A stretch of DNA of 64,000 nt from Catajapyx aquilonaris (taxonomy: Eukaryota). Shown here in pieces: positions 38,718 through 51,300 of the stretch. The notes under the pieces are model-generated. The model did no database searches and was not told the origin of the DNA. It saw only the letters and a program-made list of their open reading frames with translations. A program made the position numbers and the translations under genes. The DNA lies in contig JYFJ02000049.1 of the NCBI GenBank assembly GCA_000934665.2, positions 124,001-188,000 of the forward strand. Reading direction: 5' to 3'. Position 1 is the stretch's first letter; the number at the start of each line of letters is the position of its first letter.

Positions 38718-41700
38718 CTGAAAAGACAAGAGGTGGGTGAATGCTCGTGCAGCCTGGGGATGGATCTGCGCATTTGTTAAGCTGCATCCATGAAACTGGC
38801 TTTATTTCAATGGAGCCATATATCTGCTGTTACAGTCTGGCTTTTCACAGCGATGGATGGTACGACGGCCATTAGCCTGCCCTTTTCGCCCCACCCTAAT
38901 CCTCGCCGAGTCCTTTCAACCCCACGTCACAGCTCCATCGGGCCTCTAAGACGCCTATGGTGCAGGCTTCACTAACAAAAGTCTCGAGAGGCCACCACAA
39001 AAAAGTTATAGTCAACTTCCTTCGACTCCATGCCGCGCCAAGGTTCAGAGCCACAATTATTATAACCCTCGAGTACGTAATCTGCTTACACGGCTCAAAC
39101 TATTGCACCACAAATGTTTCGCTGTGCGGCGAAAAGCAATTTTATATAGGGTATGTATTCTTACTCAGGACTTACTGTCATACCTTTCATACATTTCATG
39201 CAACATAAATTCAGTTCCCTAAAGACATGTTTGAAATAAAAGGTTCCCATACGAGACAATTTAATCTTCAACCTTTAAAAGTTTAAATCAATTCTGGTTT
39301 TTACGTTTTGCAGTGGAAAGTGTATTTATTTAGAATAAAGCGATACACTGACTACATATGTTCTTACAAAACCGTAGCCTTACATCGTAGGAGATTATGT
39401 ATCACACCGCATAAAAAATATGTAACAGACTAGTACATTGTGCATGGCTATATGCAAGAAATATTGAAGCAACCCTCTTGTGGCAATGAAATTAAGCCCC
39501 TTTTTATGATCCAATAAACATTTTAACTAGACTGTGAGCGTAAACTGAAACACCCGTCAAACGCAAGCCATGTGCCACAAATCAGGGCAATTAGTATGTT
39601 CAATGAACAATAATGAGCGCTTTGTGGTTTTAAAGGATTTCTGGACGGTTGTTAACCGTTGCAACTTTTTTTCACTTCAACCAGCGTTAGTAAACAATCG
39701 CATAACACAATTTTGTGCAAGCCACGCAAAGTTATACACGAACCCCTCGTTCAATGCCCGACAGTATATACGCGCACCGCACTTTTCAAATATTTGCATT
39801 TTGAAGTAGAATAGAATCAGTGCTCGATGAGAGTGCAGCAGCAGCATCACAGGCTAGTTTCCTTTCTGCTGACATGGGAATGACCAAAGTGGGTAATCAA
39901 CAGTCATCATGGGGAAAAGGCGATTTCGCTTTGGAGAACTGGAGTGAAAAGAGGAGGGTTTCCGTGCAGACCAATTGGGCAGGAGTGAAGAGAGAGGCTG
40001 CCTTGATAGCGCCATTGACGACTGGGCCGCGCCGTTAAGCTCTTGACTTGAAAACTTTCCACATCTTCTTGTGAGTGCGTTTGGCAATACCTCCCTCGAT
40101 TATGGACCTGCAATGGAGGCTTTTCCCCGCAAAGGAAATGCGCCCAACGCCAGCGTTCCTCAACTTTAGATGAAGTCGTCAACTCGCAAGATTGTTGCAA
40201 AACCCAGCTCCACCCTCCCCCCCTCCTCAAAAAAAAAAACCCATCGAAACTAAAGTACGTCAGCGGTCCTTGCTGCATCTCCCAGCAGTTCACAAATTAG
40301 CGGTTAACCAAGCAATCGATGGCATGTTATGGACCTGAGACCCCTGGTGCAGCAGCGATTAGTTAAATCACAAAAACCTCGATTCATGTTGCTAATGACG
40401 CTAACAAGCTCACAATCCGCCAACTTGGGAAGGATCGATTCTTGCCACCCCCCTACCCCTCCATGCCGTTTATTAATCACACAGAGTGGTGACGGTTGCC
40501 CTCCAGGCTCCTGGTGCCAGTAAGGAAACAAGCAGCCTAGTTGAGACTCATCTCTCCTCCGTTAATTTCCACGAAACTCGCTCACCTCGCGGGACTCGAG
40601 TAAAATTGGAGACGCCGAAGAACTGCCCGGATAATAATCCAGTTATCGCAACGTCTCCGATTCGAGCAGCTACGACGAAACGAAAAAGGATGCGAAAGCT
40701 CACAGCAGAATTTCCAAGCATAAAAACCAGTGCGTCCCCATCAACATATTACATCTGCAGAGTGTTACCTGATGGTAACTTGCTTTGTGTGTGGGAACCA
40801 TATCTAATAATTTGTGTCGACACAAATGAATTAATCGAATCATAAGCTCGGAGAACCAGAGCCCTCCCCCCTTTTCCTTTTCACGTGGACTGGAGGCAGG
40901 CAGCGATCTCATCGCACCGAACATTAATGCGCCAATTAGCCTAAGCTAATTGACAAAAGCCGGGTGGTTGCAAGATGCGGCTGGGGGAGTGTGTGCCTAA
41001 GGAGGCGTCCGTGGATGGAATTTCGGAGGCATCGCCGTCGTCCCCTCCTCCTGTAGGCCCTCAAGAGCCTCCCGTGGAAACCAGCCATTTAATTACGACG
41101 CTCAACAGGCGACGATGGATGTTGGGGAGTTAGTGCCTACGCTCCAGACTACTCGGGGGAAAAGCAAGGGTCGACAGCTGCGTCGAATATTTCACTTCGG
41201 CCACCGGAAAATTGGCCCGCAGCATCTCGAACCACAAATGACGCCCCCAACACGTGCTAGGTCACTATCTCCAAAAAAAATAAGAGGACCAGATATAGGT
41301 TACCACACCTCCCGTAGCGAATTACTCGAATTTATAACTGACTTGTCTTCATCTCGCGTGAGAGGAAGACACACCCCGGTTAACTCTTCACAAAAGCGGA
41401 CTCTGCCTATTTATTACTTCCACTTGCCGTTCGAAAGTAGGGGGAAAAAACAAGGGACAAAAAAAAAGACATCTGCACTTTAGCTTTAAGAGGAACGCGG
41501 GTGATCCAAAAACCAGTTTTATGTCCTGTTGCTAATCCAAGCTTCAAACAAAAGGAGAGAAAAGATATCTGAATCTTCCTCCAAGCAGGTTGATCAACAG
41601 CGGGGGTTAAGGACGCCGGACCCATTATCGGAATCGGATTAAAGCTTCTCAAACCCTGCCGCGAAGGGAAAAGGCATCCAATCGACCCCATGTTGCCAAA

Positions 41701-42043
41701 CTGCTTCAACTGTACTCAAGGCATCCATCCCACTCTTCTTTCAACTCACCCCCCAACAAATATGTACTCAATCTCTACACCTCTTTCGGGTTTCCCAACC
41801 TCTCCTCAAGCCCATTTCGCTATATTTAGTTGGCCCAGCATCATCTTCCACAAACCATATGCTGTTGGAACAGGCCTTCTTCACACCGGAAGAACAACAC
41901 TGCAGACAGCTCCAAGTGACGTTTCGAGCCACAAACACTTCCTTTTACTTTCCAGTCCCCAAAATGTCCCTCGTTGAAAATCCACGATATACCAACTACT
42001 ATAGTTGTATAGCTACTATAGCTGTTGGATCCTCCTCCTACCC

Positions 42044-42129
42044 ACCAGAGGCGCTGCCCACACCCACTGCGCATGCGTAGAACACGGGCCAATAGGAAGC
42101 GTCGCGGTAACAATATGCAGCGGTCCAAT
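42044..42129. promoter_or_regulatory. Promoter-like module: CTCF-like motif, NRF1/Ewg-like site, two CCAAT boxes
   Basis: CCACCAGAGGCGCT near 42043, TGCGCATGCG at 42068-42077, GGCCAATAGG (CCAAT at 42089) and GTCCAATCAG (CCAAT at 42125). Confidence 0.4.
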
Positions 42130-42410
42130 CAGAAGGCTTCTGCAAACATGCCCACTCCGATTTTAATATCATAGATTTGTTTGGGCCCATAGTTTCAAAG
42201 CAGTTTAATCCATTTTGTTCACGTTCTAGCCACGTTTACGATTCAGGGTGTAAAACTATAAAACGACAGTCTCCTGCCCCTGCTGCGATAGGTTTTCCCG
42301 CAGCCCTGGTGCCGAACCTGATTATGCATGACACCATCTCGCGCTAGGATATCGCTTGCCGCATTAACAATAATATAGTGGCGCCTTGATGACAGCATCC
42401 TCCAGGGGTA

Positions 42411-42424
42411 GTTACCCTGGCAAC
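42411..42424. promoter_or_regulatory. RFX X-box motif
   Basis: GTTACCCTGGCAAC fits the consensus GTNRCC-N(0-3)-RGYAAC. Confidence 0.45.
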
Positions 42425-45400
42425 ACGGATCCGCCAGCTCTCTCCCGTAGAGCCAGGGACCCTGATGGCTCCATTATGCTCAGCTCATCAACGGGTTAAG
42501 TTAGGTGGGCACATCCGCAGCGGGTGGCCTACGACGCAGGCGGATTTACAGCCCATGCTGTGCCTGTACTACTAATGTAGCCGAAGAGCACATTATTGCA
42601 ATCGCAGGTATTACGGGCTAATACCTCACCTCCCAAGAACTTCATTAGACATGCTGCTACCACAAGCCGCGTCAAGCAAGCCAAAGCTTGAACTTGCTCA
42701 TTAGCTATGCTCAAACCTTCTCTTTTATATACAGGGTGCTCGTAAAGATTCAGACAAACTTTAAGTGTGAGTGACAACTAGTGAAATGACAACTAAAAGT
42801 TTCTCTGAATCATTAAGGAACACCTTGTATATAGTCGAAGGTGGCGAAAAACGACTGGATCGATTGTCTCTTCGATCGTTGGAGGGAGCAAGTCAAATGC
42901 CTCCCACAACTTCAGGAATCAGATTCATAGCTGGCGTTTTCCTGAAGAGACGGGCTTGGTCCCCCGACTTATTGTAGGAAGCCAGTACTCACCAGACACT
43001 TCAGGACCCCCCTCCCACCAATCCTTTCCACCTCATATACGTTCCATTAAATTTCGATCAAAAGATTGAGTTGACTTGGAGAGATGCGAGAATTGGGATG
43101 GGCGCGTGGGGACCATGGGTTGGTTTTTTTTTCAAGGCAGGGGACAGGTTCTGGCAATATGGTGACAGATCTGAAGTGCCAATTTTCACAGAATGATCAG
43201 CAATATATGGCTTCAACTCATACGAACGCTAATCCTCCTGCTTTAATGGCATTAGGAAATTATGTCTGTTGTCTTTCTGTGGAGAACTTCGCTCCGAGGG
43301 ACAAATGATCCTGCGAAAAGCGGTCAGGCACTTACTGCTTCGGAGACACACAACTCACTCACTCACAGTCCCTCTTTTCAGTTAAAGTCGGCAGTAGTTT
43401 CCCGAGAGAACCACCATTCCCTCCAACCGCAACCTTCTCTTTCTCCCAAAACAATTATAGAGTGAAACCTGCATATAACGGATCGTGAATGTAGCGGAAA
43501 CTTGTTCAATGTGGAATTTATGGTCTCGAATAATTAATTTTGCCGCACACATCCAAAACTTTAAGGCAAATTCGCGGAATGTAGCTCAGCACGTAATGGG
43601 TCGATGTTGTGTTTGTGTTATTGGCGAAAAAGTGTGCCACTACAAGTAAACCCTATTAAAACCTAAATTTTTGCAGTATGTGTAAATCGATAGACGGCCA
43701 TAATACATAAACAGCACTGAGATTTCAGCTCCGCCATGGCGTTAAAATGTCGCTCTGGATCTTTTCGAATCAATTGTTTTTGATCCAAACAGGCTGAAAC
43801 AAACATGGCCTGTTGAATAAAATGAAAAGTGGCAGCCTCCTCCCTATATCCGTTGACGCGCTTTACAAGTCGATGAAAGAAGCAGTCAGATACAATAGTA
43901 TACACTGTATTTAAACGTAACTGCTGACAACCGGCTAGTTAGGCCCAGCAAGAAAAAAAAAAGGATGGTTGAAGCCAGCAGGAAAACAAAGAGCTGATGT
44001 CAGTGCGAACCGGTGGCGTGAACAACTGCAAAGAAGTGGGGCAGGCTATACGTGAGACCCAGAGACGGGCTGTGAGACTGGTGTGCAATGACAAATGGTC
44101 TTTCGCACGTGATGCGCATCACCTGTGGACACGTCTCCATTCCCCAGCCCACCAAAACTGAGATTTTCCACAGCAATTACGGTCTCCTGGTCAAAGTGCA
44201 GAGAAAGAGGGGGACGGAACTGCGGGTTTGAAATTGCGGGGCTTGCTATACTCCAAGGAGCTCTTTCTGCACTTAGGAAATTCACGGATGGGTGCAACTC
44301 CTAATTCTAGCGCTCCTAAGCCGTTCTAACCACTGCCGGGTGATTTACTTGCCTGCCTTCAAGCCCCCTATACATGGCTGGAAATTGAACTTGCACAATT
44401 GTACTACCTTAAGAGGCAGCCAAGCTATACCCCTTTCACGCTAGACTGAATGACAGGGCTCACATCCCCTCTCCAGTTAACAAATTAAACTGCGCGCAGA
44501 TTGCAATCTCACGCAATAATAATAATTATTAAAGAGACTGGGAATGCCTGATTTTATGTGGCCATGAAGGCGGCAAATGGCGGCCATTTAAAACTCACCG
44601 TGAATAATTGATATGGTCATGCAAACAATATCTGCTACTCACACATAATCATAGGAAACCGGTTATGTACTTGACCTGCGCTCAACTCCCAATCCCAATA
44701 ACGTCGCAAAATGAAATTTAATCTAAAATTGCCCAAGAGTATATAGCTCTTGAAGCCCCTATATACCAATAATACGCCCAGGTAAGTTTGTAAATACCGG
44801 TAACGTAGCTCAATGTACATTACAGTGACTGTGAAAGAACATTTGCTGGATGTAATATATTTTTAAACGGTAGGCCTAATGCGGCTTGTTATGTAAGATA
44901 CACTATACCTGTGCACTTTTCGGCCCATGAGGTGATAAACTCTCAGAGGTATATCAGAAAATTAAAACTGCACTCGTCTACACGACAAAATGTTAATAAT
45001 AAAGTCGCACAAAATAGTGCTAATAAGCCAGTAGAGCTTTAACAAACGACTAATTAGCGCTGTAGCATCATACACCTCGGTGAGGCCGACCCTGTTTGTT
45101 TAAATAACTTTGGGGAAGGTGGCCTAAGTTAATTAACTCCAGGGTGTGAATTGTTTAATTGCATGCATTTAACACCGTGTTTGTATGTAGCAGTACTTAT
45201 CCTTCCCTGTATACAACATACTACCTCCTGTTTCAGTAAATGTCGCGTTGTTTTTATAGCAGTTATCGTTAGCTAAACTCTCTGATATTGTGTGACATCG
45301 TTGCAGCTCTGATTCCTTCGCCTCCTTCGCATTGTTTCAGTGGCGATAACACACACCAATCCCCCCCCCCCCAACTCTCCCCCTCCTAAGAATTCCAGAT

Positions 45401-45608
45401 CTGCCCTATATCAGATGATGGTAAATCCACCTCCTCCTAATGCTCTCCGCGAGCAAATGGTCCGATATCTGAAGATCTTTCCCCGAAATGCACAATCCGT
45501 TCTCCAAGGGGAGGTTTTGTAGGAGACCGCAGAAGACAAGGAAAGAGGTACCGAAGCCACCGCCTCGATGCAAAGCCCCGCTTCCCAAAACTAATTGCTT
45601 CTTCAGCT

Positions 45609-45611
<3 letters not shown>

Positions 45612-45653
<42 letters not shown>
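45612..45653 (+). repeat. (CT)21 microsatellite
   Basis: Read directly from the sequence. Confidence 0.97.
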
Positions 45654-45656
<3 letters not shown>

Positions 45657-48262
45657 CCAGCCTTTTCTCTCTGGAAAAGCTGTAATGGAAGCGTAATATT
45701 CCAACAGGATTTCTGCTTTTCTCTCCAGTTGTCCCCGAGGGAGAAGAGAGGTGATGCCTAAACGAGGTCTCCCGCGCCCCTACAATATTCATGCATACAA
45801 CACGCAGTCTACGGGCATGCAGCAAACTGCGCCATTTGCTGATAGCAGCAGCACCAGCGCGCCAAATTTGCGGAGCAAACTGCATTATTGAGAGGACATT
45901 ACTGTAGCAGCAACATGATCGCTTTCATCAAAATTCACTACATTTCAGAGGTCTACCGCGCCAGGGTGTTTCCCCTGCGCGCGTTTAATTAAAGCTTCAA
46001 GGTTCGCACTATTGCAAAACTCAGCTGTCTGGCCAAACAGAAACCTTCCCTCGGTCCTCGGTTTTGTTACAATTTTTTTCCAAGCGTCATCATGTAGGCA
46101 GGTACGATGCGCCGTGCTGCTGGGCCAAGCCTTGTTTGCGGATCCTCAAAATCTGCTGCCGGAAGCTGCTCTGCTTTCCTGACAGTGTCAATCACTTTAT
46201 AACTCAAGCGACACATTTTTGCAGCATCATGTTGTGCAAAAATGGCCACCAACCTCTCTCTCTCTTTAGAGTGGATAAATTGCCCTAGTTGTTTTCCAAA
46301 CTTGATGTAGGGGTAGTCGAAATCAACGCGGCGTAAGAAGTACCGCTAAATTATGCAACATAAATGAAACATGGGGATGTCGATATTCCAGGCTGATGCG
46401 CGCAGCCCACACTAAAAGCATCGGGTTAAACGAGGTCAAGTTGGTTAAATGTATGCCTATCTTTTTTTGACACGAGGCTTTTCTTCATGGCATGCAGCGA
46501 CAGACGTGATGCACTGAATCATTCATGGGCACCTATTCCCCAGGCAAATTAAATTTTTAATTTCTCAATTAGGACATAGTTGTGAATGTAAGAAATGTAG
46601 TTTATTGTTGCACATAATACGTCTTGCACCTTCAAAAGAGTGAACCAGGTTCATATTAATTTGAAAAAGTGTTGGCCTTTGTCCCAGCTTGAAGCTTATA
46701 ATTTTTACTCAAAATTACAGTTCCAATTAATTAAATTACTACAATATTTATTAAATAACCACTTTGCATGGCGTTCTTTCCTGATATACTTGCTATGTTC
46801 AAATTCATCCTGAATGTTAGGCTGTTACGCAATCTAATATGTCGTGTGGGTTGCCCTGAACGACTAGGATGAATCAATTGCAAATTTCATCCTGCGAGTT
46901 AGATTTTCAGGTAAACAAGACAGATTGAAGGGTAGCCCTGGAGAGTCAGGATAAAAAAAAATCGCCACATAAATTCTGGCGAATTTTTTCCTGGAAATGA
47001 TTACATTCACACGTTACTTATATAGCCATACCTTTTTGGCACACGCATCTTGTTATTTTTATTGTGGTCTTATATGGGCATGACATAAGTGACCCAAATG
47101 CATCGAAAATCATCCCTCGAAAATATCAGTATTGGACAAGTTTTCATTGTATCCAGTGCCTGCATCATATAAAGTAAACTTGTTCATTACGGAAAGTTTT
47201 TCCAGATTTGCACAGTTTTCAAGGTGGTGACTTCCACTCCGGTGCTCAATATTTCCACTTCCCCACCATTCGGAACACCGTGCCATTGAGCAGGAAGCGT
47301 GACTTTTCCGCCACCCTGTCAGCAGATTCTCGTCTCGTGTGCATATGAGATTTGCTCTTGGCGCGGCTGCAAACGACGACAAGCAACTCCCGCCATCAGT
47401 TTTTGCCCGACTAGGACGTGGCCCAACTTGGCTCAGAGCAGCATCCACTACAACTTCAATATTGGTGGAATATTCCCATCCTCTCTCGGATATAGCAGCA
47501 GCAAGGAGTTGCGCCAGGTCGAGATATAGAAAGAGAAGGAAGGAAGCACGCTCAGGAGGACTCGAGTCTCCTGGATGAAGACAAGAGTTTGGTGTTTGAG
47601 AGTGGTGGGTGAAGGTAGGTATATAAGTTGGAAAGAAAGAAATAAGTCAAAAATATCTCTCCCCCGGTCGGAGGTTTTAGTCCTCCGCCGCCGCCCGAGG
47701 TTTCAGATGAAAGCCAGGGAACGCCGCATAATTAGACGACGCTGTTTGCGGAGACGCATCCATCCGTAGGGGGGCCTTGTCCCACAAGCGTGCGGGCAAA
47801 CCCAAAGCATCCTCCAGTTTGACCTGACGCCAACCAGAATTCCCGACAGAGCGGATTTCACTCTCGGATTATTACTTCCTGCAACGAGCAACCCCCCAGG
47901 CCTCTGGCACCACTAAAACCCAGGGAAAGAAACAAACAAGAAAAAATAAATCGGGTCAACTCCAGTTGCACTTGGTGCAACATGTTACTCGCCTCCAACA
48001 ATATTACTTCAGGTTTCAACTCCGGAAAACTATATTCCTGGGGGGCTGTTCCGAGTTGACAAATGGACGTGTCGACACAGTTGGTGTCACAGTGCACACT
48101 CGTATACAGCCGGAGCATCCCTTTCTGCGTGATTATCGCCTGTGACAGATGGGGAATGTTGCTTGGATGGCGATCGGGTGATGGATGGGTACACTGCACT
48201 GGTGGCGGCGCTTTGATTTGCAGGCAAAATCCCACGGGGAGTTGAGAGTCCAAGCTTTTCCT

Positions 48263-48302
48263 CCCCCACCCCCACCCACCCCACCCATCCAACCCACCCC
48301 CC
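48263..48302 (-). other. Potential G-quadruplex
   Basis: Seven runs of three or more C on the plus strand, mostly separated by one base, so G-rich on the minus (pre-mRNA sense) strand. Confidence 0.6.
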
Positions 48303-51300
48303 ACTCTTTGAAGCAGCATCCCCTTCCCAACTGGTGGATTCGGGGCGCCGGTCAAGACGAGAAAGTCGATGAGAAGCGGCCAAAATTTCATTTGGGACGG
48401 AGAGACGCTCCTCCCTTTGCTACAGAGGTGGCTTGGAATCAAGAACCGCCTAAGTGATTTTCCTGGCCAGAATTCTGGATGCGGCGGCGACGGACAGGCA
48501 GGAAAGGACGGGGGATGAAGTGGAATACTGTTAGCGGCGCCATGGCAAATATTTGGAACACGACTCTCAGATGCTTTGAGATCAAGTATAAGGAAATGTA
48601 TTTGACTGACTCTCAAAAAAAAACACGGCGCGATAGGAGACTGAGGAATTTTATTTTTAAATGTATGCCAAATAGTCTCCGGAGATAGGACGTTCTTTGA
48701 CTCTGCAAATGCCACGGTGTTGCTTTTATATGAGCTGAAGGCAGTTGTTTGCACTGGTGGATCGACTGGTCTTCACCTGGCCTGATGTACTTCACCAGAA
48801 AGCATCCTGACCATAGTTCCAGAAATACTCTGCAATGCAACCCAACTCTGCAGTATACATTGTGATGGTCTATATCCCATTTGAAAAAAAAGTACTTTTC
48901 CAAACACCATTTTCGGTCCCAAAATAAGTCCTTCGCTTTCAAAACAGCGGAGGGCCTGAATCCTTTTCCAGACCATTTATCTCTTTGCCCCAAGTCGGCT
49001 CCATGTTTCCCATGAATAAAACGGAAGACTGACACCGTTCGAGCAAACACACTCCTACAAAGATTGCAGCACTCAAGTCTAAAAGATGGTGGGTCACGTT
49101 TCCGTGTCACGTGTCACGATTCTCTCTCAGGAGTTTTATATATACGGTGAGTTTGCAAGTGACACCAAAGTTTGGGGCATGCGCAGGCTCGTTCATTGCA
49201 AATTTTGCGAATATCGAGTTACCCCAGCAGCCTCTCGATCCAATTAATCCCCCTTCGAAACGATACCCTCTTTACAGTTAATTACACCCAAGTGTTCGCC
49301 GGAGAAATGGAAAATTCCGGGATGCTCTTGAAGCACCTTGGCTTCGTCGGAAAACGACTGGTGTGGAAAGAAAGAGCGGAAGGAACGGCTTCGGTTGCTG
49401 TGGTGACGAGATGCGTCAATTAACCCCCGAGAAATTCTCTCGTACAAGAATCTGCCTGTTGAACGAACCCCTGGTGGGATAGCAAGGCGGTCTTCTGTGC
49501 TCTGTCAGTTATATACACCTCCCAACACATTGCCTTCCGGATCAGTTAAATATTTACTGTAGAAGCTCCTTTCAGATGACTGGAGTTACAGCCAGCGGGA
49601 TGCTGGGTCCACGGCGCATGTTGCACTTGTTCTGTATACACATCGACGTGCTCCAAGGAAAAGAAAAGCGAATGTCGGCTAATTAACATGGCTAATTAAA
49701 GAGCACCAGCCGTTGTAACCTTTCATCTCATTCTGCAACGGATCCGCGCCTTTCATTACGTCCTGTCTATAGAGACTTGAGAGAGATTCCGGGGTTGTGA
49801 TTTTCAAGGCACATAATTTCTGAAGACGAGTCTCTCGGGTAAATAACAGGGATCTAATTTCAGACCGAAGGAATTATTATGCATCATATAGAAGTTGTCC
49901 TCGTTTCCTACCGCCCATTCGTTAACTCTGCCATTTTTAACAACATGTGGCTCTTCCTATTGACCCAGAGTCAGGATTCTGATGCAAATATAATACTGTT
50001 GAGTTCATTCTGTAAGGCATTGCAGCGAATTATCGACTCGAGTTGTGTAGCTCGTAATGATTTGCGTTTTGTGGTACAGTACCTTAATTAGAAAACCGAA
50101 GGCACGAAACCGACACAATGTATCTTCATTTACATGATTATTTACAGACGCTGAGGAAAGAAAACGGCATAACGTGGACAGCAGAAGCATCATTGTTGAT
50201 TCGGCTTGTTTAGAGCACTATAATGTTGCTTCATTCAACTATAATTTACTCGTTCCTGTGGGCCCAAATGGACTCGGGCTGCGTTTCCCCTTCTCTCCCA
50301 AATAAACACACACCGCAAAAAAGTAGCACACTGGCAAAACATTCTGCCAACACCCGTCGACAGAGCCGGGGAGGGAAAGTCAAGAGAACAACTCCGAATA
50401 GTCTGTAATGTACGAAACTAGACCCCAGCACTCATTGCCTCTTTTGAAAAGCCCCCTTTTCGTGCACCAGGCACCTTTTCTGGCGGAAACCAACCTCACA
50501 AGAGTAGCTGACAACAGGAAACCTCTGCAATTTGGGACTATGGTCGATTTCGAAGCCTTAGCCTAGTGATGTCTAAAGGAATGTGTACACCAGTTCTGAA
50601 ACACATATTTTGTAGCGTCGCCAAGTGTAGGTGGTCTAAGCAGCGGTTTTGGCGGAAAAGGTTGGTATTAGAAGCCGGGCCATGTCGAGCCGAAAAGGTT
50701 GTGAGCCTGCTTTGAAGTAGGAGGCATCCTTTGTCTAGCGAAAGCACCGTCTAACTGAGGCCGCTGCCAAGCGGGCCTCCCCATTTCGGCTAATGCATTT
50801 TCAAAGTTCAATGCGCCGGAAATTAAAGCCCGTAATTAGTTTAAGGACGGATGAGATAGCGCTAATTAGGGCATTACTGCCTTTGCCCCGTGAGGGCCGC
50901 AGCCTGCAGCTGCCAGCAGGTGAGTGCAGGTCATGAGTGCCTCTTCTTACCCGCGTCAACACAAAAAAACCACTTGCAAAATAATTGCACGCCGGACATA
51001 TCTGCCCCCAAAAAACCCGCAGTCAGTTTCACTACAACCACACCGATCAGCTTTGTCTTCGTGTTAACATTATTTTTCAATATGCCAACGGGGCAGTGGA
51101 CGTATAGGAACAATGAAAACATGCGACACCAGGCCAAAAAATGCTCTTCAATTCCTCTCCTGGACAATTATTGCGGCCGGCAGTGTCACTCATGTATGCC
51201 GCTAATACGCTCTCGTCTATAGGATATACGAACGGGCTTAATTATCCGTACCTTTGTGCACGCCTTTATGCGTTAAATTCCTGAACTCCCCTCCCCCACA

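Noticed and set aside
47858..48754. Longest ORF in the track (298 aa, minus strand)
   Set aside because: Non-ATG start, no recognisable domain, no codon bias, and it runs through low-complexity G tracts.
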